Sequence record: NC_010811.2
DNA length: 64,000 nt
Direction: 5' to 3' (one strand)
The position numbers and the translations under genes are program-made. The notes under the pieces are model-generated. The model did not search any database. It was not told the origin of the DNA and saw nothing but the letters and a program-made list of their open reading frames with translations. Shown piece after piece: positions 26,960 through 35,363 of this stretch (position 1 is its first letter; each line of letters starts with the position of its first letter).

Positions 26960-27456
26960 GGCAGGTTCGCGGACTGGCCGGGGATCGTTGGGCCGGCGAT
27001 ACCAGCGTCCGGAGAGTAGCCGTCGGTGATCAGGGTCGTTCGCTGCTCGCTTCCACCGCCATTCGGACTGCCGACGAAGGATTGCACTCCGTTGCGAACG
27101 GTGTTCGGGGCGAAGACGATGCGCATGGCCTGCTCGAAGGTCGAGGCACGAGCCTGCGACACTGCCGCAGCCTTTTCCAGGTCCGTGACCTTGGCTTCGC
27201 GTTCGGCCACGGCCTTTTCGCGGTCAGCGATCTTGGTCAGTTGTTCGCTCTGCGTACGATTCCGCGCCTCAAGCTGCGACACTTGAGTCTTCAGATCGTC
27301 GATGCGATTCAGGCGCGTGCTGAGTTCGCGCTCCGCTTCTTCCAGCCGTTGCTTGATGCCGTTGAGTGCAGTGACGCCGTCCAGCGAAAGGAGGCGCTGG
27401 CTGACCATGTTTTCGAGAACGGTCTCGAGTTCTTTCTTCAGATCGGTAGTGGACAT
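26956..27456 (-). CDS. Coiled-coil hypothetical protein
   Basis: Heptad-rich sequence. Confidence 0.7.
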   Translation of the reverse strand: MSTTDLKKELETVLENMVSQRLLSLDGVTALNGIKQRLEEAERELSTRLNRIDDLKTQVSQLEARNRTQSEQLTKIADREKAVAEREAKVTDLEKAAAVSQARASTFEQAMRIVFAPNTVRNGVQSFVGSPNGGGSEQRTTLITDGYSPDAGIAGPTIPGQSANLP

Positions 27457-27482
27457 GATGTGGTTAGATTGTTGTGGTACGT

Positions 27483-28187
27483 TTAGACTTCAAGGAACAG
27501 CGAAGGAGCGGGAACGCCCAGCACATTCGCGCTGCTATGCAGGCACGCCATGAGACTGCCCCATGCGCTACGATGCTTGTCACGGATCCAATAGCCGGTG
27601 GCCTTGTCCGTGATGATTGCGGCCAGAGTCTGCCCACGGATAACCATGGGCACGACCGCCGTGTTGGCATGCACGTAGTTCACCTCGAACAACTGAGGAT
27701 CGTTGATGCCCAGCTCTTCGACCTTCGCATCAAAGGTCGATGGGCTGTACTCGCCAATGATCACCATGATGGTGGCCTTGGGCAAACACTGATGAACTCG
27801 GACCAGCGCCGATCGCAACGCAGCCGGGTTCAGGAAATCGTGTTGCTGCGCGCTGGTCGGGTACGCGGCTTGCGTCTGCTGTTCGTGCAGTCGCTGCTGC
27901 AACAGGTAGCCTTCCAGTTCCCAGATCTTCTCGACGGCGTTGGCTCGCGAGATTTTGCGGCCTTGCTCTTCGCGGAAGTTGGCGGGCGAAACCACGGCCG
28001 ATTCGCCGCGCACCGAGAAGCCGTTCTTCAACAGCAGCTCGCACACCATGACCTTGCCGCTGGGCAGAACGGTATAGGTCTCGCTAACGATCAGGCTATG
28101 CACGTACTCCGGTTCCAGTCGCGGAGCGTTGAGTCCTGCTTCTTTCAGACTCTGCTCCAATTCACGTTCTGCTTGGGTAATGGTCAT
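27483..28187 (-). CDS. N4 gp49/Sf6 gp66-family (Acb4-like) domain fused to an unknown C-terminal domain
   Basis: VMVCELLLKNGFSVRGESAVVSPANFREEQGRKISRANAVEKIWELEGYLL. Confidence 0.7.
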   Translation of the reverse strand: MTITQAERELEQSLKEAGLNAPRLEPEYVHSLIVSETYTVLPSGKVMVCELLLKNGFSVRGESAVVSPANFREEQGRKISRANAVEKIWELEGYLLQQRLHEQQTQAAYPTSAQQHDFLNPAALRSALVRVHQCLPKATIMVIIGEYSPSTFDAKVEELGINDPQLFEVNYVHANTAVVPMVIRGQTLAAIITDKATGYWIRDKHRSAWGSLMACLHSSANVLGVPAPSLFLEV

Positions 28188-28211
28188 GATGAGGTGGGTG
28201 TTGGTTGCTGT

Positions 28212-28230
28212 GTAGGGTATTTACCCCTAC
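28212..28230 (-). promoter_or_regulatory. GTAAATA motif in the loop of a GTAGGG/CCCTAC inverted repeat
   Basis: + strand GTAGGG-TATTTAC-CCCTAC, about 30 nt upstream of ATG 28187. Confidence 0.55.
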
Positions 28231-28571
28231 GCAAAGTCGGTGAACAACGCCATGGGCATGTCGTCCACCCAGATGCTGGGATTGAGGCCGCGGTCTTGGC
28301 AATACTTGAGCTTGGCGGCGCGCGACGTGGGCACAATCCACGCGCAGGCCTCAAGCACGCTTGGGTGCATGCTGCGCACTTCATGCGGGGCACGCATGGT
28401 GACGATCACGACGAAGTACCCGGCGTCCGCTGCAGAGCGGATGAACTGAAGCCAGAAGGGGAAGTTGGTGGTGATCGTGCCGTCGTAGTCCAGCGCTATG
28501 ATCTTGCGCTCACCGGCACGCTGCAACAGAAATTCAAAGTAGAGCCGTTCGTTGTCTTCGAGACGTTCCAT
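28227..28571 (-). CDS. HAD-superfamily phosphatase-like protein
   Basis: IALDYDGT...IVTMR...IWVDD. Confidence 0.7.
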   Translation of the reverse strand: MERLEDNERLYFEFLLQRAGERKIIALDYDGTITTNFPFWLQFIRSAADAGYFVVIVTMRAPHEVRSMHPSVLEACAWIVPTSRAAKLKYCQDRGLNPSIWVDDMPMALFTDFA

Positions 28572-28575
28572 GTTC

Positions 28576-28962
28576 TTAGTCCTGAAAGAGTATGGGGCGT
28601 GCGGGCACTTCGCTTAAGATCTTGACACGTGGCAGCAGCCATTGAAGGCCCATGAAGTTGCCCGACTGCAGCGTACGGTCCAAGATCTGCATGGTCTCCT
28701 GCTCGAGCCGTGGGTGCCACTGGTCCAACTCTTCGGACGAGTCATACGTCAGCACGTACACCATAGACGGAGCTGGCTTGCGAATAGCGCAACGCTTTCG
28801 ATGATACGCAGCACCGGCACCCACGTACGACAGTACGACGCTTACGTAGTCCACCGCGTGTGCCATCTCGTCGATCTGGCGAGCGGTCAGCCAGTGAAGA
28901 TTGGTGAGGCCCCACGCGCGAAGCTGCTCCAGCTCGTCTGGATGCATGAAGTTGAAGTGCAT
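28576..28962 (-). CDS. Hypothetical protein
   Basis: ORF packing. Confidence 0.65.
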   Translation of the reverse strand: MHFNFMHPDELEQLRAWGLTNLHWLTARQIDEMAHAVDYVSVVLSYVGAGAAYHRKRCAIRKPAPSMVYVLTYDSSEELDQWHPRLEQETMQILDRTLQSGNFMGLQWLLPRVKILSEVPARPILFQD

Positions 28963-28964
28963 GA

Positions 28965-29561
28965 TCAGTCTCCGGTCAGTCGTTTGATCAGCTCTTCGGT
29001 GTTGACGATGTACTTGCGTTGTGCCTCGTCCAGCGGGCGGATCATGTCCTGCCGCTTCATACGGATCGCATCGTTGGCGCGCAGCGACACGGTGCCCGTT
29101 TCCATATGGCAGATGCGCATCTGCAGGCTGGTGACGATTGCGTTCTTCTCGTCACGGGACAGTTCGACGGTAGACGTTTGGTTCTTGGGCATGATGGTGT
29201 AGATGGGCGAGGAATAGTTGCCGCTCAACGACACAACCAGATGGTTGCGCATCAACGTTCGCGGCTGATTCAACCGGCAGAAAGCAACCAACTGATCGCA
29301 CTTCGAGTAGAAGGCAATCTCGTTGTACTGAACGGCGGGTACTGTGTCTTGCACCGGACCAAACGTGATGATCAGCGGATCGGTCGACGCCTTGGGACGT
29401 GACAACACCTTCATCGGCACATGGGCCACTTGTTCGAATTGGTAGCGAGCAGCAAGGCGGGAGGTACGTGGCACAATCAGGATCTTAGCGTGGTCGATGA
29501 ACTGATCGTCGATCCCCATACGCATGCGTGCAAGCCCCGCTTGAGTTATGGTGGAGTTCAT
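28965..29561 (-). CDS. Tail-collar-fibre-like (DUF3751-like) domain protein
   Basis: TITQAGLARM...YNEIAFYSKCDQLVAFCRL resembles the tail-fibre N-terminal domain. Confidence 0.4.
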   Translation of the reverse strand: MNSTITQAGLARMRMGIDDQFIDHAKILIVPRTSRLAARYQFEQVAHVPMKVLSRPKASTDPLIITFGPVQDTVPAVQYNEIAFYSKCDQLVAFCRLNQPRTLMRNHLVVSLSGNYSSPIYTIMPKNQTSTVELSRDEKNAIVTSLQMRICHMETGTVSLRANDAIRMKRQDMIRPLDEAQRKYIVNTEELIKRLTGD

Positions 29562-30145
29562 TTGATGTGCGCTTGGTAGGTGACGACTATGGTTTCGTCG
29601 TCGTAGGCGAAGGACAGCCAGCGTGCATAAACCGGAGACTCGTGCAGATGGCCAATGATCTCACGCAGAGGGCGATCGTCAACCGGCACACGCGGGGCTG
29701 GCTTGAAAAGAGGTCCGGCGAATTCAGGCTTGCTTAGGATGTGTTGCGCAAGAAAGCCCGACACATCGATTCGGACAGGGTTCGTAGCATAAGCCGTCAG
29801 ATTCTGCTGCTCATGCGCACTCATCAACGACAAGACCTGCGAATGGAATTGCTGATGATTAGGACCCAGGTCCACCGGCCCACTACATGTGCTATCAACG
29901 ATCGCGTGGAAAATGCCGCGGTCTTCGTCGAAGTAGCCCATCATGTCCGTGTTGTTCAGCCCAACGAGCTTCCACCAGTTGAGGAACGCGGGGCTTGGGT
30001 GCACCTTCTTCCCCTTCCACTCGAATTCGATTGTGCAGGGATCCAGCGCGTTGAACGCCTTACGAATTTCCTGCAGCTTCAGCAGGTCTTCGATACGGTA
30101 GAAGGGGGTAGGGTTGGCAGGCATCATCTGGTCAAGCGTCGTCAT
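29558..30145 (-). CDS. Hypothetical protein
   Basis: ATG 30145 with GGAG SD. Confidence 0.65.
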   Translation of the reverse strand: MTTLDQMMPANPTPFYRIEDLLKLQEIRKAFNALDPCTIEFEWKGKKVHPSPAFLNWWKLVGLNNTDMMGYFDEDRGIFHAIVDSTCSGPVDLGPNHQQFHSQVLSLMSAHEQQNLTAYATNPVRIDVSGFLAQHILSKPEFAGPLFKPAPRVPVDDRPLREIIGHLHESPVYARWLSFAYDDETIVVTYQAHIK

Positions 30146-30301
30146 CTTCAGACTCCGGGTGAATAGGGACCCACTGACCATCCCGCCAAAAGTGCGTGGC
30201 GCACATGGTGACCGTGGAATACAGAGGATCATGCGGACTGGCTATTACCTGTTGGCCATCCTCACGCACGTACATGAGAGTGCTCGGTGGATAATCCATG
30301 A

Positions 30302-30874
30302 TCAGTATCGGCTGTAGAGAGCGGCACTCACATCACCTGCCATGGACGGCTCCATGCTATGAGTGCGGATGCCCACAGATGCCCCACAAAATTGAGCCCT
30401 CTGCAGTTCTTCGTACAGAGGGCTGCTTGTGTCCAGCTTGGGAATGTAGTACGTATGCGTGCGTCGAAGATCACTTACCGTGACTCGTTCCCACACAGTT
30501 CCCGGGTTGTCCGAGGTCACGTGAACGATTTGACGCGTAACCTTCATGGACCGCGACTCGAGATTCACCTCGATGTTGGTGATTTGGTCGGAAGCGCACA
30601 CTCCCACCAGATTGGGATTCGGTTGTGGGCCACGGTCCCCGATCACATAGCGATCGTAGACTCCGCACTTACGACCGAAAGTGATTTCAGATGGCGCGGC
30701 CGATTGCATGCCCGCCAGCGTAGGATACTGCCTGCGGTACTCATCCTCAATCGAGTCGGGTATCGGGTTGCTGAGCACGGCACGCCTCCAGGAATTCGGG
30801 CTTGTCCAGCAACGACAAGCTGATGTTGGTGAATTGCTTGAGGACCCGAATGTCATCCGCGTTGATGATGCCAC
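30302..30874 (-). CDS. Hypothetical protein (true start probably downstream of 30874)
   Basis: C-terminal part is coding-like; the N-terminus overlaps the neighbouring gene. Confidence 0.5.
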   Translation of the reverse strand: MASSTRMTFGSSSNSPTSACRCWTSPNSWRRAVLSNPIPDSIEDEYRRQYPTLAGMQSAAPSEITFGRKCGVYDRYVIGDRGPQPNPNLVGVCASDQITNIEVNLESRSMKVTRQIVHVTSDNPGTVWERVTVSDLRRTHTYYIPKLDTSSPLYEELQRAQFCGASVGIRTHSMEPSMAGDVSAALYSRY

Positions 30875-30998
30875 GCTGCACGTCGTGCATGATGCGCGGC
30901 ACTTCCTTACGATAGAAGGTAACAGGGTCGGTTTGCTGGTGGCGAATAAGAGCTTCGTGCGCAGCAGCCAGCGAACGGCGGAGAACTTTCGGGTCCAT
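30747..30998 (-). CDS. Hypothetical protein
   Basis: ORF packing. Confidence 0.55.
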   Translation of the reverse strand: MDPKVLRRSLAAAHEALIRHQQTDPVTFYRKEVPRIMHDVQRGIINADDIRVLKQFTNISLSLLDKPEFLEACRAQQPDTRLD

Positions 30999-31023
30999 GA
31001 TCAGTGAGGCTAGATGGTTGATG

Positions 31024-31341
31024 TTACAGAGCGACGCGCTCGATCAGGTGCTCGATGCGCGCGCAGGCGCCATTCACCGACCACGTGTGCGTACGGATTG
31101 CCGTACCTACGGCGGTGAGACGTGCTTCGGCAGAAGACTTGCCTTCTGCGCAATCCTGCTCCACATGCAGCACCGGGTCCAGCTTCTTTTCGAGGCTGTT
31201 CAGTAGCTGATGCAGACGGCTGGTCGCCAGATCCAGCATCGAAAGCTGCTCGTGGATTTCGCCATGCGGTTCCTGGCCGTCACCGACAGGGGACGTGTTA
31301 GCGAGGGACGCATTGGTAGACTTCTTCAGATGGTCGTTCAT
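31024..31341 (-). CDS. Coiled-coil hypothetical protein
   Basis: GGAG SD; ORF packing. Confidence 0.65.
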   Translation of the reverse strand: MNDHLKKSTNASLANTSPVGDGQEPHGEIHEQLSMLDLATSRLHQLLNSLEKKLDPVLHVEQDCAEGKSSAEARLTAVGTAIRTHTWSVNGACARIEHLIERVAL

Positions 31342-31350
31342 GACTGCTCC

Positions 31351-32709
31351 TTACTGTTGGTTGACGTAGTTGGCATCCGGATTGGAGCCGTCGTTGGCCG
31401 TGGATTGCACAGCGGGCTTCGCCTGCTTGAACGCCTGGAACTGCTTGAAGGCTTCATAGTAGGTGACCGGGTCTTCGCCAGCTTCGATCGCACACTGGCG
31501 GATGTACGGAGGCACGTCGTCCGCGGTCTGTTCAGCAACCGGTTGTTCGGCAGCCGTCTGTTCAGCAGCCGTCTGTTCAGCAGCCGTCTGTTCAGCAGCC
31601 GTCTGTTCAGCAGCCGCTTGCTCCGGAGCCGTCTGTTCAGCGGTGGGCTGCGCCGCATTCAGCGACACCGGCGTCCACTGCTGGACGTTGTCCACAATCG
31701 GACCAGGAGTCACAAGCGCTGTGTCGATCGCATACTGCGGCACAGGACCCGCCAGATAGTTGACGTAGGCATCGGTTCGCGCCAGCAGGTATTGGTCCTT
31801 GTTCGTCTGTTGACGGAAGACGACGCCCGACATGAGGTTGGCGAACGGGATGTCCTGCCATGAGCGGTCTTCGGCTACCGGGCCGCCGTTCCACACCTGG
31901 ATGGGGATCAGATTCGTGGTCTGCGGCTTCGGCAGATAGCCCTTCATGGACTGCACCACGGCGATGAACAGGGAGTCCTTGGTACGGTGTTCTTCAGTCA
32001 GGTCCGAGAAGTCCACCAGCAGCGGATGGGTCTTGGCTTCCACGTCCTTCTTCGCGCCGTACACCCAGCCTTCTGCACGCTTCGACTCGCACCATGCTTC
32101 ATGCTGCTGTTGGGCGGTGTAGCCGTAGCGCAGTTGCTGCTGGATGCCGAAGTACAGCGAGTTCTTGGTCTGCTCGCTGACTTCGTTCCACGGCTTCTTG
32201 TCTTCGTCCGACAGCGACATGTACGCGGTGTTCACGGCGCGGGCCACCTGTGCGATGTCGTCAACGGTGATGCAGCCGCGCACCACGATGCCGCTCAGGT
32301 CCAGGTACTCGACCTGGGACGTGACCAAATTGCTGGTCACCACGTTGGCGTCTTCGGCCGTGCGCGAGGCGAACGACTGAGCGACTTGTTGCAGTTGGTC
32401 AAGCGTGGGGTTGCCCGCCACTTGAATGTGGGCGATGCGACGCGGCACGCCGTTCGTCTGCTGATTGGTTTCGGGTTGTGCTTCGATCTGCGGTTGTTCC
32501 ATGGACGGGTCCGAGGTTGGTTTGAGGTGGGAGAGCTTGCCGACCAAGCCCAAGTCGCTGGTCGACACAATGTCGAGGTCATACCCATCAGTGAAGTACA
32601 GTGTCCAGGTGTTGCCACAGACGCTGACTCCCTGAATGGTCTTTCCAACGATCTGCTTCAAGTCATCGAGAGTTTCGACGTACTCCAAATGCAAGTTGTT
32701 GACTGTCAT
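31351..32709 (-). CDS. Multidomain protein with RyR domain and AAEQT repeats
   Basis: QHEAWCESKRAEGWVYGAKKDVEAKTHPLLVDFSDLTEEHRTKD is a typical RyR-domain signature; GTAAATA motif at 32720-32726. Confidence 0.8.
   Translation of the reverse strand: MTVNNLHLEYVETLDDLKQIVGKTIQGVSVCGNTWTLYFTDGYDLDIVSTSDLGLVGKLSHLKPTSDPSMEQPQIEAQPETNQQTNGVPRRIAHIQVAGNPTLDQLQQVAQSFASRTAEDANVVTSNLVTSQVEYLDLSGIVVRGCITVDDIAQVARAVNTAYMSLSDEDKKPWNEVSEQTKNSLYFGIQQQLRYGYTAQQQHEAWCESKRAEGWVYGAKKDVEAKTHPLLVDFSDLTEEHRTKDSLFIAVVQSMKGYLPKPQTTNLIPIQVWNGGPVAEDRSWQDIPFANLMSGVVFRQQTNKDQYLLARTDAYVNYLAGPVPQYAIDTALVTPGPIVDNVQQWTPVSLNAAQPTAEQTAPEQAAAEQTAAEQTAAEQTAAEQTAAEQPVAEQTADDVPPYIRQCAIEAGEDPVTYYEAFKQFQAFKQAKPAVQSTANDGSNPDANYVNQQ
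31526..31642. repeat. 15-nt tandem repeat (GTCTGTTCAGCAGCC) encoding (A/V)AEQT
   Basis: About 7-8 degenerate units inside the RyR-domain gene. Confidence 0.9.
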
Positions 32710-32729
32710 GTACTGCTCCTATTTACGTG

Positions 32730-33983
32730 TTAGCCCAGTCGCAGCAGAAGGCTGTTGCTGGCCCGAGTGAGTGCTGTGTACAGATGATGACGGCGGTATT
32801 CGCGGAACACACGGCTTTCGTCATACACCACAAGGTTCTCCCACTCACTACCCTGGGCCACGTGCACAGACAGGCACCAGCCGAAGTCGAACTCCTCGGT
32901 TGATGCTATGTCCTTCCACTGCGGTTCAGGCAGCGACTGGTTGAAGAGATGGCAGCTAGTCTGAATCTGATCGACGACCAGCGGCTTGCCGGTTGCATCC
33001 AAGATGTCGTGCGACTTGACCTTGAAGTGCAGACCACGGACCTCAGTGTTACGCCACACAGGCGGCGCGCCATTGCGCACGTCACGCCAGTTGTCCAGTG
33101 CCTTGACCGGGGCTTCCACCGGCTGGCTGCACTTCCACAGCGTGCCGTTCAGCAGGCCACGTGTCTTGTTGTTGCGGCGGCAGACCAGACGTTCACCACG
33201 CACTGGATACTGTGGATGGATCTGGGCCATACCGTTCAACTTTCGGATCTTGCGATTCAGCGAGTGGCGCGTGGCGTTGGTACCGCAAAGCACTTGGTCG
33301 GCACCCAACAGCCACTGATCCGGGAGGTCTTGGTCTGTATCCAGCACCAAGCACGAGCCATAGCGACCGGGTTTGATCTCTTCACCAAGACGGGCCTTGG
33401 TCGCCAGCATGAGAATGGGGCTGTCGGCTGCCGTGCGATGCACCTCTGTCAGCATGAAGTCGGCCGTTGCCTGCACGAAGAAGCCGGTGCCCAACACTGG
33501 AGGCAGTTGACCAGGGTCACCCAGCACAAGGATAGGAACGCCAAACGACAGCAGGTCGTTACCCTGATCTTCGTTCACCATCGACACCTCATCCACGATC
33601 AGTAGGTTGGTGTGCCGAAGGATGGATTCAGGGTTTAGCACGTAGTCCACCACGCGCCCCGTCTGCGGGTCGGTCACCGCCTTGTAGATCAGGCTGTGAA
33701 TGGTGGACGCACCACGACAGCCCTTCTTGATGAGCTCGGACGCGGCCTTGCCGGTGAACGCGGCGAATTGCACGGTGCCACCAATGTCCGCCACGCGCGC
33801 CGCAATCTCTTGCGCCAGCGTGCTCTTGCCGGTACCTGCGTACCCAAACAGGCGGAAGATCTGCTTGTGCGTGTCGAACGTTGGACGATGGCGCACATGC
33901 TTGAAGATCCACTGCGTGATCAGGTCTAGTGCTTCTGCTTGCTGTTTGCCCCATGCACGGGGTCTACTTGAGTGGTCAGACAT
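32730..33983 (-). CDS. dda: Dda/RecD-like SF1B helicase
   Basis: GYAGTGKS, IVDEVSMV, LGDPGQLPPV, HVAQGSEW, YTALTRA. Confidence 0.9.
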   Translation of the reverse strand: MSDHSSRPRAWGKQQAEALDLITQWIFKHVRHRPTFDTHKQIFRLFGYAGTGKSTLAQEIAARVADIGGTVQFAAFTGKAASELIKKGCRGASTIHSLIYKAVTDPQTGRVVDYVLNPESILRHTNLLIVDEVSMVNEDQGNDLLSFGVPILVLGDPGQLPPVLGTGFFVQATADFMLTEVHRTAADSPILMLATKARLGEEIKPGRYGSCLVLDTDQDLPDQWLLGADQVLCGTNATRHSLNRKIRKLNGMAQIHPQYPVRGERLVCRRNNKTRGLLNGTLWKCSQPVEAPVKALDNWRDVRNGAPPVWRNTEVRGLHFKVKSHDILDATGKPLVVDQIQTSCHLFNQSLPEPQWKDIASTEEFDFGWCLSVHVAQGSEWENLVVYDESRVFREYRRHHLYTALTRASNSLLLRLG

Positions 33984-34209
33984 GTCAGGATTCCCTTGGC
34001 ATGGAGCTGTAGAATAAGTGAGGCTAGGGCGTTTCGATGGCCGTGTGACGTTGAACCTTACCAGTAGAAGCAGAGGGCGCCGCGTCCGTAGTACAGACGG
34101 AAGCCGGACCAGCGACTACCGGCCGAAGACACGGTGTCGTAATTCTGCCAGCGAATGCCAACCCACTTGCGCCAATGAATGAGTTGGACGTACACCTTGC
34201 CGATTCTAA

Positions 34210-34704
34210 TCATACGGCCTCCTTGGCCTTCATCTCGTCCTGTGCAAACAGGAACATGGCATCCACGAACCTCAGCCAATCATTACGCGAAAAGACGATG
34301 GGGCCGGGAATCTGCCGCTTTTCATCAGTCCAGAGGCTGGAGGTGCGAAGCTCGATATCGCTGTGCACCCACCACGAACCTCGAATAGAAGTGCCCGACT
34401 CGGTCTTGTCCTTGAAGAATTCCATGTTCAGCATGAGCAGGAAGTCGAGATAGTGCCGTCGACTCTTCTCGATGAGCTGGTACGTGGATCTGGAGGTGAT
34501 GGCGTGGCATGCGCGAAGCGCCAGAACTGCAAACTCCTCGTCCACATCACCGTCGTCGGTATCGAATTCAAAGATGCCTCTGCCCAAGAACTCGAGACGC
34601 GACTGCTCGCGTGACGACAGACCAAGCTCCGCTTCAGTCTTCATGCTGGATTCGAGCAGCGCCACGTAGTCGGCGACCGTGTGTTCAGTCATAAGAGTTG
34701 CCAT
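34210..34704 (-). CDS. Hypothetical protein
   Basis: ORF packing. Confidence 0.7.
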   Translation of the reverse strand: MATLMTEHTVADYVALLESSMKTEAELGLSSREQSRLEFLGRGIFEFDTDDGDVDEEFAVLALRACHAITSRSTYQLIEKSRRHYLDFLLMLNMEFFKDKTESGTSIRGSWWVHSDIELRTSSLWTDEKRQIPGPIVFSRNDWLRFVDAMFLFAQDEMKAKEAV

Positions 34705-34705
34705 G

Positions 34706-35245
34706 TCACATCCCTAGAATGTCCTTCATCAACGCAGTCTGCGTAAGCTTCGGGTCCTGTAGGCGGCGCGCACGCAGTCGGATGGCGCGCACCACGTGAG
34801 GCCGTGGAACGAAGTTGCGAATGAAGGGAAAGCCGTGAGTGCTGAACGCAATCTGCATCCAGTCGTGCACCAACGGATTGGGGCCGGTTACATCGTCGCG
34901 TAGGTTGCGACGCAGGTCTACACCCATGCCCAAAGGCAGTACCTGAAACACGATGTATTTACTGGTCACCTGCAGTCGGAACTTGGCGACGGGCGACTGC
35001 CCTTGCGCCACTCGCACTTCCTCTGGCACGTCGTCCAACGTCAAGTCCATGGTAGGGCACTTGAAGTTGTTGGGTGTGCGAAGCGCCAAGCTGATGATGG
35101 GCATACGCGGCCAGTCGCCGTTCCAGATAGTGGGTTCCGGCGTCCAGCGCAGACCGCCGTCCACCATCTTCTGATGGCGCACCTTGTCCAACAACACGCC
35201 GTCCACCAACGGGATCAAGTCATAGTGCTTGGAGAGATTCTTCAT
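34706..35245 (-). CDS. Hypothetical protein
   Basis: ORF packing. Confidence 0.7.
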   Translation of the reverse strand: MKNLSKHYDLIPLVDGVLLDKVRHQKMVDGGLRWTPEPTIWNGDWPRMPIISLALRTPNNFKCPTMDLTLDDVPEEVRVAQGQSPVAKFRLQVTSKYIVFQVLPLGMGVDLRRNLRDDVTGPNPLVHDWMQIAFSTHGFPFIRNFVPRPHVVRAIRLRARRLQDPKLTQTALMKDILGM

Positions 35246-35363
35246 TTCACTTTCCTCTTTGCCAGTTCGACGAGTTGCTTCTCGTCGCGATCGGGATATT
35301 TGGCCTTCAACTGTTTGAGTGTGTCGCGCTCCTTTTCCAGCAACGCAAGGCGAACACTGGCTT

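Noticed and set aside
34956-34962. Intragenic GTAAATA copies (34956, 44871, 50499)
   Set aside because: Not listed as promoters; they may be chance matches or internal promoters and cannot be decided from sequence.
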